A DNA stretch of 64,000 nt from a virus (IMGVR_UViG_3300010403_000024:1-64000), one strand, 5' to 3'. Shown: positions 36,333-46,148, counted from the stretch's first letter. The notes: a model not told the origin generated them from the letters alone. Numbers and translations are program-made.

Positions 36333-36685
36333 AACCGGAAGCACAGCGGATCGCGATTGCTGAAGCGCAGGGGAAGAAGCCTGTCTTAATGAACGCAGGT
36401 CTGCGAGCGACTTGGATGGAACTGACAAATGAGGATTTAGGCGAATGGTGCGAGATTCCCAATTACCCGAACGACAAGAACGTGATGCTGGAAACGACCT
36501 GGAGCCTGCGCAGCAAGCCGGAGACGGTAAAGCAGTTTATGAAAATCTTGCACTTGATCTTGCGGAAGGAGCGCGGTTTGTCTTATGTCGATTGGCATCT
36601 CTTAGACTACGCGCTGCTGCATGCCAGCGCCGCGCAGTTGGCCGAGGCGTATCTGAAAACGATTGGAAAGTGGGTGGAAGAATGA
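36329..36685 (+). CDS. Hypothetical phage protein
   Basis: RIAIAEAQG...PNYPND...HASAAQLAEAYLKTIGKW. Confidence 0.7.
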   Translation: MKPEAQRIAIAEAQGKKPVLMNAGLRATWMELTNEDLGEWCEIPNYPNDKNVMLETTWSLRSKPETVKQFMKILHLILRKERGLSYVDWHLLDYALLHASAAQLAEAYLKTIGKWVEE

Positions 36686-36978
36686 AAAAAATATTACTGT
36701 TGTGTGTCTTACTGACCCTCGCGGGCTGCTGCCTGCTGCCGAAGGACAAGCCGGTGCCGGTCGAGCAGATTGGTGACCCGGAGGCCAAAACCAGTGCGGC
36801 CGTCTGGACCGTTGCGGTTGGAGATCCAGCCTCGCCGATCTGGAGCAGGAGCAACTGCTTCCCGCCGGTTGAGCACGAACAAGGCTGCTGGCTGGTGCGC
36901 TGGCTGGAGAATGGGCAGACCAATGAGTTCCACGCATGGTCTGTGCCGGTTAGCTTTTGGCGAGTTTATACAAAGTGA
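36682..36978 (+). CDS. Lipoprotein
   Basis: MKKILLLCVLLTLAG|C lipobox. Confidence 0.7.
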   Translation: MKKILLLCVLLTLAGCCLLPKDKPVPVEQIGDPEAKTSAAVWTVAVGDPASPIWSRSNCFPPVEHEQGCWLVRWLENGQTNEFHAWSVPVSFWRVYTK

Positions 36979-37126
36979 GCGAGCCACTGCAAATCCATCC
37001 AATCCCCGGACCTTCACCAGAGGTAAAAACCGTCTTTGAAGCGATGGGGAAAATACTGGACGTGATGGAGAGGTTGCTGCTTCTGCCTGAGCCGCCAACC
37101 AACCCCGACGAACAATCCTTTGCGGA

Positions 37127-37795
37127 ATGAAACCCAGGAAGAAAAAGAGCAGCAAACTTAACTTCAACCTGGCCAAGCACGACGAGGCGGTGCAGGGCCG
37201 GCGGGAGCTGGAGGACCGGGTGGCGGCGGGCGAGATCCTGCAAAAGCTGGGTCTGGCCTGGGAGCAGATGAAGCGCCGGCTGCTGCATAAGCGCAAGCCG
37301 ACGGTCAACGACCTAAACAAGTTCGTGGCCGAGATGGAGACGACGGTGCGGCGCGAGTGCGTGGGCAAGAATTTGGACGGGTTTCGCCAGTTTGCTTTGA
37401 CGCTGCTCCGGGAGAAGGCGGAGCTGCTGCGCTTGAGCGGCTTCAACCAGCACAATGTGTTTACCCCGGCCAGCGTGGTCGAGCCAGCGGCCTCGCCCGA
37501 ACTTCCGAGCGCCTATCAGCCGGTGCAGGTGCGCTACACCTTCAACCGCTTCGAGGAGTTTGCCAGCCTGGAGCCAGTGCGCCGGGTGATGAAGAAGGAC
37601 GGATTTGTCGGCTTCATCCTGGAGGAGAACCAGGTGATCGGGGTGTTCACCGACGGGCAGTATGTGCTGATGGGCAGCGTGGTGAACGGACTGGGGATGG
37701 AGAAAGTGCCAAGCAAGGAGCAGTATCTGGCGGCGCTCGGGAAGGGGAATATCACAGAAGGTAACAAAGGTAACGAAGGTGAGCGCGAAATTTGA
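37127..37795 (+). CDS. Hypothetical protein
   Basis: Protein-like ORF. Confidence 0.7.
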   Translation: MKPRKKKSSKLNFNLAKHDEAVQGRRELEDRVAAGEILQKLGLAWEQMKRRLLHKRKPTVNDLNKFVAEMETTVRRECVGKNLDGFRQFALTLLREKAELLRLSGFNQHNVFTPASVVEPAASPELPSAYQPVQVRYTFNRFEEFASLEPVRRVMKKDGFVGFILEENQVIGVFTDGQYVLMGSVVNGLGMEKVPSKEQYLAALGKGNITEGNKGNEGEREI

Positions 37796-37994
37796 TCCGA
37801 TGCCGCATCCAGAGGCGGAGATTCACCCCGCAATGGGACGGGCATTTCAGCGGTCAGAGCCTGAGCAGGACGCCACTCCCACCGAAGACATCGACCTTGA
37901 AGACCCCGAAGTGCAATGCTGGTGCGGGGCCAAAGGCAAGGCGTCGCAACTCTTTGACGGCAGCGGGCCCGGATGCCCCGACTGCGAGGGATGA
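37779..37994 (+). CDS. Small Cys-containing protein
   Basis: CWCG...CPDC. Confidence 0.5.
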   Translation: MSAKFDPMPHPEAEIHPAMGRAFQRSEPEQDATPTEDIDLEDPEVQCWCGAKGKASQLFDGSGPGCPDCEG

Positions 37995-38491
37995 CGGCGC
38001 GCGACATTCAGGTGGCGCTGATTCGGGAACGCTATAGCCGCAACCTCTGCATGCCGAACTACACGCCCTCCGGCTGGTTTGAATGCGATGTGTTTGAGTT
38101 AACGCCCGCCGATTACTTCCACGAATACGAGATCAAGCTGACGGCCAGTGATTTCCGGGCCGAGAGCCGCAAGCGCAAGAGCTGGACGATCATCAACAAT
38201 GAGTGGGTGCCGCATGGGCCAAAAAAACTGGACTTGCTCGACGGCCAGCATGTGAAGGGCCCGACGAAGTTCTATTACGTGTATCCATCCGGGATGCTGC
38301 CAGAGAGCGAGATCCCGGTCTGGGCGGGGATCGTGACCGTGACGGAAACGGAGTGGGGAATCAGAACAAATACGGCGAGAATTGCGCCACAACTGCACCG
38401 CAGCAAGGTGCTGCCAGAAGTGCGGCGGCACGCCCATGGCGTCTGCTATTGGCGGTTTATGAAGTTGTTCCTAAAAGACAAAAGTTGCTAA
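37991..38491 (+). CDS. PD-(D/E)XK nuclease-like protein (MmcB-like)
   Basis: ECDVF...EYEIKLTASDFRAE, FYYV.P, IPVWAG. Confidence 0.8.
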   Translation: MTARDIQVALIRERYSRNLCMPNYTPSGWFECDVFELTPADYFHEYEIKLTASDFRAESRKRKSWTIINNEWVPHGPKKLDLLDGQHVKGPTKFYYVYPSGMLPESEIPVWAGIVTVTETEWGIRTNTARIAPQLHRSKVLPEVRRHAHGVCYWRFMKLFLKDKSC

Positions 38492-38521
38492 GGGCCACGG
38501 CTCTGTGTATTGGTTGCCGAT

Positions 38522-38953
38522 ATGGTAGCATACTTCAAGGCCGCGGCGCCGCGGCAAAAGCGATGGCTCTCCAACGGCAGCCACGTGCAGTTCTCACCCG
38601 TGACCACCGAACTGGGGGTGTTCAGCACCGACAACGAGTTTGTGATCAAGGAACTGAACCTGATGATCGCCGAGAGCCGGGGCGGAGTCTTCGCCATCGA
38701 CGAGCGCGAATACGAGACGTTAAAAAAAAATCGGATTTCGGGCAGGCCCTGGCGGGAGGAACTGGGCAAGCGGGGGCTGGAAGTGAACCAAAGGCCGGTG
38801 CAACACCAGCCCAACCCGCAGGCAATGGCGGCGGCAACCGCCGCCGAGGCCGCACCTGCTGCGGCGGCTAATCCAGAGCCGGAGCGGCCGAGGGGGGCAT
38901 CGCCGGTGCCGGAGGGGTTCAGGCCGACGGCGCGAAAGAAACCTGCTGCGTGA
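38522..38953 (+). CDS. Hypothetical protein
   Basis: In late region. Confidence 0.65.
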   Translation: MVAYFKAAAPRQKRWLSNGSHVQFSPVTTELGVFSTDNEFVIKELNLMIAESRGGVFAIDEREYETLKKNRISGRPWREELGKRGLEVNQRPVQHQPNPQAMAAATAAEAAPAAAANPEPERPRGASPVPEGFRPTARKKPAA

Positions 38954-39189
38954 TCAACCGCCGTTCATTTTTCAAGTCACTCGCCCGAACTGCGGCGATC
39001 ATTGCGCTGGCACCACAGATCGCGTTCAGGGTGCCAAAGCTAACTTTTGAAGTTTTTCCCCAAGGTAAGTCACTGGTTTCTCAGGTTTTTGATTTTCAAG
39101 AATGGGTGGCTTTAAACTCAGCTATCGTGAAGGCCAGAGGTAAGGCGTTATATTCAGAGTGTCGCGGTAAAGTTCTGACGAGCCAATGA
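38950..39189 (+). CDS. Small protein with twin-arginine-like N-terminus
   Basis: MINRRSFFKSLARTAAIIALAPQ; lower GC. Confidence 0.55.
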   Translation: MINRRSFFKSLARTAAIIALAPQIAFRVPKLTFEVFPQGKSLVSQVFDFQEWVALNSAIVKARGKALYSECRGKVLTSQ

Positions 39190-40886
39190 TCTCCTACGGC
39201 GACTTCATTACCGGCATACGGCGCACAATGTGGCCGCATCCGGGCGAGGCGTCGTCGCTGGTGACGTCGCACTCCCAGATGTTTCTGGAGGCGATGATCG
39301 ACCTGTGCAAGTGGATACCGTGTCTGCAAACCCACCATACGGACGTGCATCCGGCTTGCTCGACCTACGTGCAGTGCGGGTTGACGGTGTTTGCCGCGCC
39401 CTACGGGGAGATCGAACGGGTCTATACGCTTTCGAATGGCGACTGGTGCAACAAGGTTTCCTACCTGCCGGCCAACTACAACCGAGTGCAATGCTGGAGT
39501 GATCGACTGTTGAAATCCCCGGTCTTCACCTCGCCGGCCAACACAGGACTGCCGGCCTTGCAGCAGGGGTTGAAGTATGCGGAGAAATCGACCGACTCGG
39601 TTTATGGCCGATCGCGCAGCGGAATCTATGCGGTGCATCGGCGGCGGCTCTACATCGCCCCGTGGGTGCAGAGCAACGAAAGCGTGGTGGTCGAGTGGGA
39701 AGGGGTCAAGACCGACTGGCGGGCCGAGGACCTGCTGGACGAGACCTACTGGACGCCGGATGTGGGCAGTGCGATCAAATCTTACGTGCAGTGGCAGCAC
39801 GCCAAGGATCACACCGAGACCGCGGCGCTGGAGGTGCGGACCCTGCGCCAGGATTATGAGGACGCGCGCGCCGACCTGATCTACTGGTGCCAGCAGCGCA
39901 CGAAGGAAAACGAAGCGCAGGAGGCGGCCGCGATCTGCACCGAGCGCACCTGTGACGACGGCAACCTGCCGAGCCGCACCCAACTGGAGGCGGAGGCGGT
40001 GGGCGAGGAAGCGGGTCCGGAGATCTTTGCCGTGATCGGCGACTACGGGGCGGACAACGAAGCCGAGCAGGATGTGGCGGACCTGATCAAGGGCTGGGAC
40101 CCCAGCTATATCGTGACCAACGGCGACAACTGGTATGACGGCACGGCGGCCGAGGACTTGGACGCGGCGGTGGGCAAATATTTCTCGGACTTTCTTTTTC
40201 CTTATACCGGCGACTTTGGGGCCGGGGCGGCCACGCAGCGGTTTTTTCCCGCGCTGGGAGCGAATGACTTTGACCCATCCGGCAAGCTGGCGCTGGTGCT
40301 GGCCTACTTCGCGCTCTCGGCCAACTACTACACCTTTACCCAAGGGGCGGTGCAGTTCTTTGTCTTGAACAGCGGATTCGACCTGAGCCAGGTGAATCAG
40401 GAAGCGGACGGCAACACCCTGGACTCGACGCAGGGCAACTGGCTGCAGGCGCAACTGGCCCTGAGTGTCGCGCCCTTCAAGATCGTGATCGTGCATCATC
40501 CGCCCTTCACCTCGGCGGCGACCTCGCTCTCGACTGACCCGCTGGCGGGCGACGGCACGCTGAGCTATCCGGACTTGCAATGGCCGTTTAAGGATTGGGG
40601 GGCGGACGTGGTGATCAGCGGGCGGGCCCATGTCTATGAGCGGCTGACCGGCAACGGCACCATCGGCGAGGACGGAATGATCTACATCGTGAACGGCCTG
40701 GGAGGGCAGCCTGCCGACGCGCCGGAGGAGCCGGGGACGTTTGCCGAGGAGCCGCTGGCGATCTCGGAGAAGCGCTACGCCGATGACTTCGGGGCCTTGC
40801 GCGGGACAATCGATTGCCAGACGTTGACGCTGGAGTTTTTTAATCGGGACGGGACGCTGATCGACAGCGTTAGCATCACCAAATGA
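39186..40886 (+). CDS. Head-tail adaptor-like domain fused to degenerate metallophosphoesterase
   Basis: N-half virion-like (LYIAP, YV.W); C-half GDYG, GDNWY, GAND, HHPP, SGRAHVYER, YIVNGLGG. Confidence 0.75.
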   Translation: MISYGDFITGIRRTMWPHPGEASSLVTSHSQMFLEAMIDLCKWIPCLQTHHTDVHPACSTYVQCGLTVFAAPYGEIERVYTLSNGDWCNKVSYLPANYNRVQCWSDRLLKSPVFTSPANTGLPALQQGLKYAEKSTDSVYGRSRSGIYAVHRRRLYIAPWVQSNESVVVEWEGVKTDWRAEDLLDETYWTPDVGSAIKSYVQWQHAKDHTETAALEVRTLRQDYEDARADLIYWCQQRTKENEAQEAAAICTERTCDDGNLPSRTQLEAEAVGEEAGPEIFAVIGDYGADNEAEQDVADLIKGWDPSYIVTNGDNWYDGTAAEDLDAAVGKYFSDFLFPYTGDFGAGAATQRFFPALGANDFDPSGKLALVLAYFALSANYYTFTQGAVQFFVLNSGFDLSQVNQEADGNTLDSTQGNWLQAQLALSVAPFKIVIVHHPPFTSAATSLSTDPLAGDGTLSYPDLQWPFKDWGADVVISGRAHVYERLTGNGTIGEDGMIYIVNGLGGQPADAPEEPGTFAEEPLAISEKRYADDFGALRGTIDCQTLTLEFFNRDGTLIDSVSITK

Positions 40887-41224
40887 ACAACGACGCCGAA
40901 ATGCCGGGAGCCTGGATCTGCCCCAAGTGCGGCTTTGTCTTGCAGAAGAACATCCTTCACACAGGCGACGGATCGATCTCGGCTGATACGAGCCCGCTCA
41001 ATAACAAGTGTCCGAACGACGGGGTGCTGATGCGGCCCTTCACTTGGCGCGAGGCCAACGAAGAATTGTTCAACGAACTGGTCAAGGAACGAAGCCGCCT
41101 GAACTGGCTGGACCAGCATTGCTCATTTGTCGCCGATCATGAGTATTGTCTTGGGCCGTTCAAGGTGGGCCAACTTAGGGAGTTGGCTGATGCCGGCCTG
41201 GCCGAAGACGCAAAACGAACATGA
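40883..41224 (+). CDS. Zinc-ribbon hypothetical protein
   Basis: CPKCG...CPND; RLNWL. Confidence 0.65.
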   Translation: MNNDAEMPGAWICPKCGFVLQKNILHTGDGSISADTSPLNNKCPNDGVLMRPFTWREANEELFNELVKERSRLNWLDQHCSFVADHEYCLGPFKVGQLRELADAGLAEDAKRT

Positions 41225-41478
41225 CAAAGGACGCAGAGGAATTTCAGCGGACGGTCGGGGCCATGGTCAAGGAGGCGGCCAGCCGATTGGGCGAGCATGT
41301 GGACTCGGTGCAGATCATGGTGACCAAGTACTCGCCGAGCGGCGAGGGTAACACCCTGACCTTCGAGCACGGCATCGGCAATTTCTGCGCCCGGTTTGGG
41401 CAGGCTGTGGAATGGGTCGAGGTGCAGCGCGAGTTTCAACGGGAATGGGCCAGGCGCAAACAAGTGGAGGGTGAATGA
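41221..41478 (+). CDS. Hypothetical protein
   Basis: LGEHVDSVQI...GIGN..AR.G. Confidence 0.65.
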   Translation: MTKDAEEFQRTVGAMVKEAASRLGEHVDSVQIMVTKYSPSGEGNTLTFEHGIGNFCARFGQAVEWVEVQREFQREWARRKQVEGE

Positions 41479-43655
41479 GCTTCGACGAGCTAACGACCGC
41501 CAACTGTCTGGTGCCGGGGCATAACCCGCCCTGCGATCTGGACGCCCATGGGGGAGGTCCGACGCCGCCCGTGCCTTGCTGCGAGGACCCGGAGTTCAGC
41601 GCCTCGAACCCGATCATCTGCCGGACGGATGACGAGCGCTGCGCGGAGGCGGCGTTTGCCCAGGCGAATCCATTGCTCTGCCCAAACTCGGCGAGGTTGA
41701 TCCTGAAGCCGAGTGTGCTGATCCGCGACCCGTTGCAGCAGGTGACATACAAAGCGGTGCTGCTCAACAAGGGCAAGGAAGTGGCGTTGACCAACGTGCA
41801 TTTCTCAACCCTGAACGGGGCGGTGGCCAGCATCGGGGGCCTGAGCGGCAACCTGACGACAGTGGCGGCGGGGACGACCCAGGTAATGGCGCAATGGGCG
41901 GGCTTGTCGGCCTTTGGCACCGTGCAGGTGCTGGCCACGGGCGGGTGCGCCACGCACAAGACCAATTTCGTGATCCTGATCGACAACTCGAAGTCCATGA
42001 GCGGGGCTTTCAGCGCCATGTATGCGACCAAGCTGCATTATGCGAAGGCCATCGCCATCGCCCTGATCGAGTCGATAGACCTGACCAAGGACCGCGCCGC
42101 GATCTATTCGTTCAATACCGGGGCCAGCCTGGATCAGGGGTTGTCGCAGACCGAGGCGACGCTGACGACCGCGATCTCCAGCATCAGCCCAACCGAGGGC
42201 GTGACCAACCTGAAGGCGGCGCTGGATGCGGCGGCGCTGTATCTCGATGGCCAGAATGGATCGGGCGAGACGCCGGTGATCGTGCTGATCTCAGATGGCG
42301 AGAACAAGGTGGGGGGAAACCCGTTGGCGTCGGCAGCCGGGTTCCAATCTTCGGGCGTGATCCTCGCGGTCGGAGTGCGGGCTTACGGAGCCAACTTTAC
42401 CCTACTGGACAAGATCGCGACCGGCGGTTTCTTCGCCAACGCCTACGAGACGGACGAGGGCGACGTGATCGATTGGCTGGTCGGGATGAAAGGCTACCTG
42501 TGCAGCGGCCAGTGCGACGTGCTGCCGGATAATGAGGCAATCCCAGTCAACTACTGCGTGCCCTACGCCCAGTTGAACTACACCGGGTTTGTGAACTGGG
42601 ATGTGGAAGAGGGCGTGGTGGACTTGTGCGGGAGCGGCGGAAAGCCGCTGTTCGATTTCCTGCCTGGACACGGGTTGTATGTCGATCTGGCGGGGAGCAG
42701 CCCCACCTGGAAGGGGCACCTGACGAGCAAGGTTGAATACGATTTTACGACGGCCCTGCCCTACACCATCAGCCTGAAGCTGGCGGGCAATCAGCGCGAG
42801 GATTCGGGGGCGTTTACGGTGCGGGTCAGGATCGGCACGCTGGTCGATCAGGTGATCACGATCGACAACTGGTTGCAGCCATTCACGGCATACGAATTTG
42901 ACTTTACGCCAAGCGGCGATCAATCGGCCAAGATCGAGATCATCCTTGAAACCCAGCCGGCCGGCGGCAACCCCAGCTACGGGATCTGGCTGGATGAAGT
43001 GCTGCTGACCCAGGGCGTGACCGAGATGCTGAACGACGATTTCGACGACGAGCACCTGACCTGCTTCAACGTCTGCGGCACCGACGAGTGCGATGCGACC
43101 AACGATCAGGGTCCCTACCCGGTGGAACTGGAGATCGTGGATTGGGAGGACGACTATTTTGATCTCTCGGACTGCACGGGCACATTGGAGGATGGGACTG
43201 AGTTCTGCACGGCGGGCGATCCGTGGGACGGATTGCTGCCCCAGACTGAGGAGTTTGCCTGGAACATTGACGCCACTGGCGGCGGGATCGGCTCTGGCGT
43301 GGCCGGGAGTCTGGGCGGGGGCAAAGCCATCCACTTCATCGGCATCTCGTTTACCGAAGACCCGCCGGATCGGTGGCTGCTGGAAGTCTCGATGGATGTC
43401 TGTGTGAGTGAAGGCGGTGGCCCGGACTCGTCGCTGATCGTCTGGGCGGGTGAGAAATGCGGGGACAGCCCGATTGGGGTCTATACCCGGACGGGCGGCT
43501 GTTGCCTGCGCGAGACGGTGACGATCAGCATTCCGGGCGCCGACCCGTGCCAGCCGGATCATAACAGCAGCGGCTGTTTGGACAGCACGCCGGTGCCGGC
43601 ACAGATCCCGGATGCCTCGCCCCTGACCGATATTGAGGCTTGCGTTGTGAACTGA
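41475..43655 (+). CDS. Cys-rich virion protein with Ig-like and von Willebrand A domains
   Basis: LIDNSKSM MIDAS, TNLKAAL, LISDG; AVASI..AAGTT Ig-like segment; 24 Cys. Confidence 0.8.
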   Translation: MSFDELTTANCLVPGHNPPCDLDAHGGGPTPPVPCCEDPEFSASNPIICRTDDERCAEAAFAQANPLLCPNSARLILKPSVLIRDPLQQVTYKAVLLNKGKEVALTNVHFSTLNGAVASIGGLSGNLTTVAAGTTQVMAQWAGLSAFGTVQVLATGGCATHKTNFVILIDNSKSMSGAFSAMYATKLHYAKAIAIALIESIDLTKDRAAIYSFNTGASLDQGLSQTEATLTTAISSISPTEGVTNLKAALDAAALYLDGQNGSGETPVIVLISDGENKVGGNPLASAAGFQSSGVILAVGVRAYGANFTLLDKIATGGFFANAYETDEGDVIDWLVGMKGYLCSGQCDVLPDNEAIPVNYCVPYAQLNYTGFVNWDVEEGVVDLCGSGGKPLFDFLPGHGLYVDLAGSSPTWKGHLTSKVEYDFTTALPYTISLKLAGNQREDSGAFTVRVRIGTLVDQVITIDNWLQPFTAYEFDFTPSGDQSAKIEIILETQPAGGNPSYGIWLDEVLLTQGVTEMLNDDFDDEHLTCFNVCGTDECDATNDQGPYPVELEIVDWEDDYFDLSDCTGTLEDGTEFCTAGDPWDGLLPQTEEFAWNIDATGGGIGSGVAGSLGGGKAIHFIGISFTEDPPDRWLLEVSMDVCVSEGGGPDSSLIVWAGEKCGDSPIGVYTRTGGCCLRETVTISIPGADPCQPDHNSSGCLDSTPVPAQIPDASPLTDIEACVVN

Positions 43656-43672
43656 ACGGAGTATTTGAAGCT

Positions 43673-43972
43673 ATGCGAGTCAATCTGCCGAACACACCGG
43701 GGTTCAACAATAACGATGCGACGCTGCTGGCGACCATTGTGGCGGCGCCGACCGACAAGGTGATTCTGATTACCGCTCGCGGCACGTTTCTATGCACTGT
43801 CTCGCAACTGGTTTCTTCGGCGGGGACGACGGTGTTCCCGACGGGGGTCGGGTCGCCGGAAGGAGCGGTCACGGCCGATGTGGGCACGCCCTATATCGAC
43901 ACCGACGCCGATGCGCTCTGGTACAAGAAGACCGGGAGCGGGAATACCGGATGGCAGCAGTTGCTCGCGTAA
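43673..43972 (+). CDS. Short tail-fibre-associated protein
   Basis: GSPEGAVTADVGTPYID...LWYKKTGSGNTGW motif. Confidence 0.75.
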   Translation: MRVNLPNTPGFNNNDATLLATIVAAPTDKVILITARGTFLCTVSQLVSSAGTTVFPTGVGSPEGAVTADVGTPYIDTDADALWYKKTGSGNTGWQQLLA

Positions 43973-43978
43973 GAATTT

Positions 43979-44461
43979 ATGAAGACACTTTTGGGAATCA
44001 TCGGAATCATCTGCGGGTTGCTGCTTGGGGCCTCGCTCTTTGGGGCGGCCCCATTGCAGCGCAATTACTGGACGACCAACGCGGTGCCGGTCGGCGAGCT
44101 GCGGACCAACCCGGCCTCGACGTTGACGGCGGTCTCCTGCTCATTCGACACCAACGGTCCAAGGTACTGGTTCTGGACGAACATGGTGACGAACGTGACG
44201 GTGAACCTGACCAACACCTGGAGCGCGACTCGGACCAACCGGACGCTGGACTTCTTCTTTACCGGCGCGACCAACAACGGACCGAACTACACCGTGACCT
44301 TCCAGACGCTGAACCCCGCCGGGGTCGTTTATCGCTGGGGGATATTTTCTCTCACCAACGGCGCGACCAGTTTCAGCGTGACCAACAATGGAGGGGCTGG
44401 GGCGAGCCTTACGCTTTGGAACACGAATCTGGTTGAGGGGTATTTTTCGCCGACGCACTAA
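43979..44461 (+). CDS. Secreted Thr-Asn-rich protein
   Basis: MKTLLGIIGIICGLLLGASLFGA signal; 11 of 18 Asn preceded by Thr. Confidence 0.8.
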   Translation: MKTLLGIIGIICGLLLGASLFGAAPLQRNYWTTNAVPVGELRTNPASTLTAVSCSFDTNGPRYWFWTNMVTNVTVNLTNTWSATRTNRTLDFFFTGATNNGPNYTVTFQTLNPAGVVYRWGIFSLTNGATSFSVTNNGGAGASLTLWNTNLVEGYFSPTH

Positions 44462-44474
44462 GGATTTTTGAGTT

Positions 44475-45284
44475 TTGAATTTGGATTTGCGATTTTGGAA
44501 AGGAGCGGCTGCTTGCGCAGCCTTTCTGGCTTTTGCCCTGATCGCTAGCGCGGATCGGCGCGGGCAACTTTCGCAGCAACGACCGGCATCGGGTTGGGTG
44601 GACCCGTCGGGATCGAACACGCTCTATGCGTGGTGGGTGTCGAGCGACTTTGCGGTGAACCTGTCGGTCAACAACACCAACCCGTGGATCGACCGGGTGC
44701 AGGGGCGGCTGCTCAGAAATGGTAACAGCACCACCAGCGCAACCAATGCCGCCCTTGGCATTTACACAGCAGACGCCAGTGGTGGCCTTACCAACGCCCC
44801 AACAGCCCAAGGCTCCAATTCAACTTACTGCATTATCTTTCGTCCGTTAAATCTCTCCAGTGGAGACAACACATTCAACACCTGCCTAAGCGGCCCTTAC
44901 TCTTTAGGTGACGGAACACAAGGCAGCACTCCCGGCTCCTTTGCAATCAGAAGATCGACGCGCGTTATTTACTGGGGGACTTTCAACATTAGCGGCCAAG
45001 CCATCTCGTCGCCTTTGGCAAACGACACCACTTACGATTTAATTAGCGTTCAGACCAACAGCACCATGGTAGTTTATACCAATGGCACCCAATCTGCGTC
45101 CATAACAGCGATGCCGCCATTAACGGGTTGGCCCTGGTTTTGGGTGGGACATGATACAGACAGTGCGGCCAACCATTTTGACGGTTATATTAAGGAAGTG
45201 CTGATCTGGAGCAACAGTTTCTCGTCGGTGCAGTTGTCGAATGTTCATTTTTACGCTACCAACCAATACTCCTTTGCTCCCTAA
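44475..45284 (+). CDS. Secreted LamG/concanavalin-A-like lectin with DRRGQL peptide
   Basis: ASA|DRRGQLSQQRP; LYAWW, VYTNG, FDGYIKEVLIW. Confidence 0.8.
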   Translation: MNLDLRFWKGAAACAAFLAFALIASADRRGQLSQQRPASGWVDPSGSNTLYAWWVSSDFAVNLSVNNTNPWIDRVQGRLLRNGNSTTSATNAALGIYTADASGGLTNAPTAQGSNSTYCIIFRPLNLSSGDNTFNTCLSGPYSLGDGTQGSTPGSFAIRRSTRVIYWGTFNISGQAISSPLANDTTYDLISVQTNSTMVVYTNGTQSASITAMPPLTGWPWFWVGHDTDSAANHFDGYIKEVLIWSNSFSSVQLSNVHFYATNQYSFAP

Positions 45285-45359
45285 GCTGGCGCATGTGTCG
45301 GTCGATGCGCTGATCTCCTGCTACTGGTTTTGGCTTTACCTGTGCTTCGTTGCAGTCTC

Positions 45360-45429
45360 GACTTGAGAAATCTTCCGATTCTCAAGTCTCGACTTGACAA
45401 ACTTGCCGAGTTGCGGTGTGCTCCCCGCA
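45360..45429 (+). promoter_or_regulatory. 10-bp hairpin followed by TTGACA promoter with operator-like spacer
   Basis: GACTTGAGAA/TTCTCAAGTC; TTGACA-aacttgccgagttgcgg-tgtgct-7 nt-ATG. Confidence 0.5.
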
Positions 45430-45726
45430 ATGGCTGAACCGCATATCTCAGGTGATCCGAATTTCTCCTCCTGCGCGAACTGCGAAATCCCCGCATGGCA
45501 GTCACACCCTGAAGTCTGCATCGCCGAAGCGCCGCTGGATATTGGCGGGCAGGTGCTGCATTTGATCTTCGACCCGGAGAGCAATGACTGGAACGTCTGG
45601 CTGGACACGGAGGTGATGGCGATGGACGGGCTGGTGATTGGCGGCGGCGCAACGCGGGCCGAGGCGATTGCGGACGCCAAGGCGGTGCTGACCGAGGCGC
45701 TGCGGCGGGTGGAGCATTTGCTATGA
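45430..45726 (+). CDS. Hypothetical protein (HicB-like fold possible)
   Basis: GGGATRAEAIADA. Confidence 0.55.
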   Translation: MAEPHISGDPNFSSCANCEIPAWQSHPEVCIAEAPLDIGGQVLHLIFDPESNDWNVWLDTEVMAMDGLVIGGGATRAEAIADAKAVLTEALRRVEHLL

Positions 45727-46148
45727 GCACGCTAATGGCGATCAGCCTCTGGGAGCCGTGGGCGAGCGCGATGCGCCTGGACTTGAAGCGGAACGAGACG
45801 CGCCACTGGGGGACAGGCTACCATGGCGACCTGGCCATCTGCTCGGCAAAACGCAAGATGGGGGACCTGGAATGGGAGATCGCCCGACGCTGGTTGCCCT
45901 CGGATTTTGTGCCACAATACGGGTTGTGCCTTTGCGTGGTGGAGATTTACGACTGCCAGTACAGCGACGACATGGACCTGGACCAGATCGGCGAACAGGA
46001 ATTGGCTTTGGGCGACTACGGCCCAGGGCGGCGGGTGTGGATGACGCGCCGATGCCGACCGCTGATCCAACCCGCGCCGATCCGCGGCCAGCAAGGGATG
46101 TGGCAACTGGACTTTGCGAACACGGAGGCGATCAATCAAAGATTGTGA
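45723..46148 (+). CDS. ASCH-domain protein
   Basis: AISLWEPWAS...KRNETRHW...GDLAI, P.RGQQGMW. Confidence 0.87.
   Translation: MSTLMAISLWEPWASAMRLDLKRNETRHWGTGYHGDLAICSAKRKMGDLEWEIARRWLPSDFVPQYGLCLCVVEIYDCQYSDDMDLDQIGEQELALGDYGPGRRVWMTRRCRPLIQPAPIRGQQGMWQLDFANTEAINQRL

Noticed and set aside
38720-38731. A-tract as programmed frameshift site
   Set aside because: ORF continues normally and no tail-chaperone context or useful alternate frame was seen
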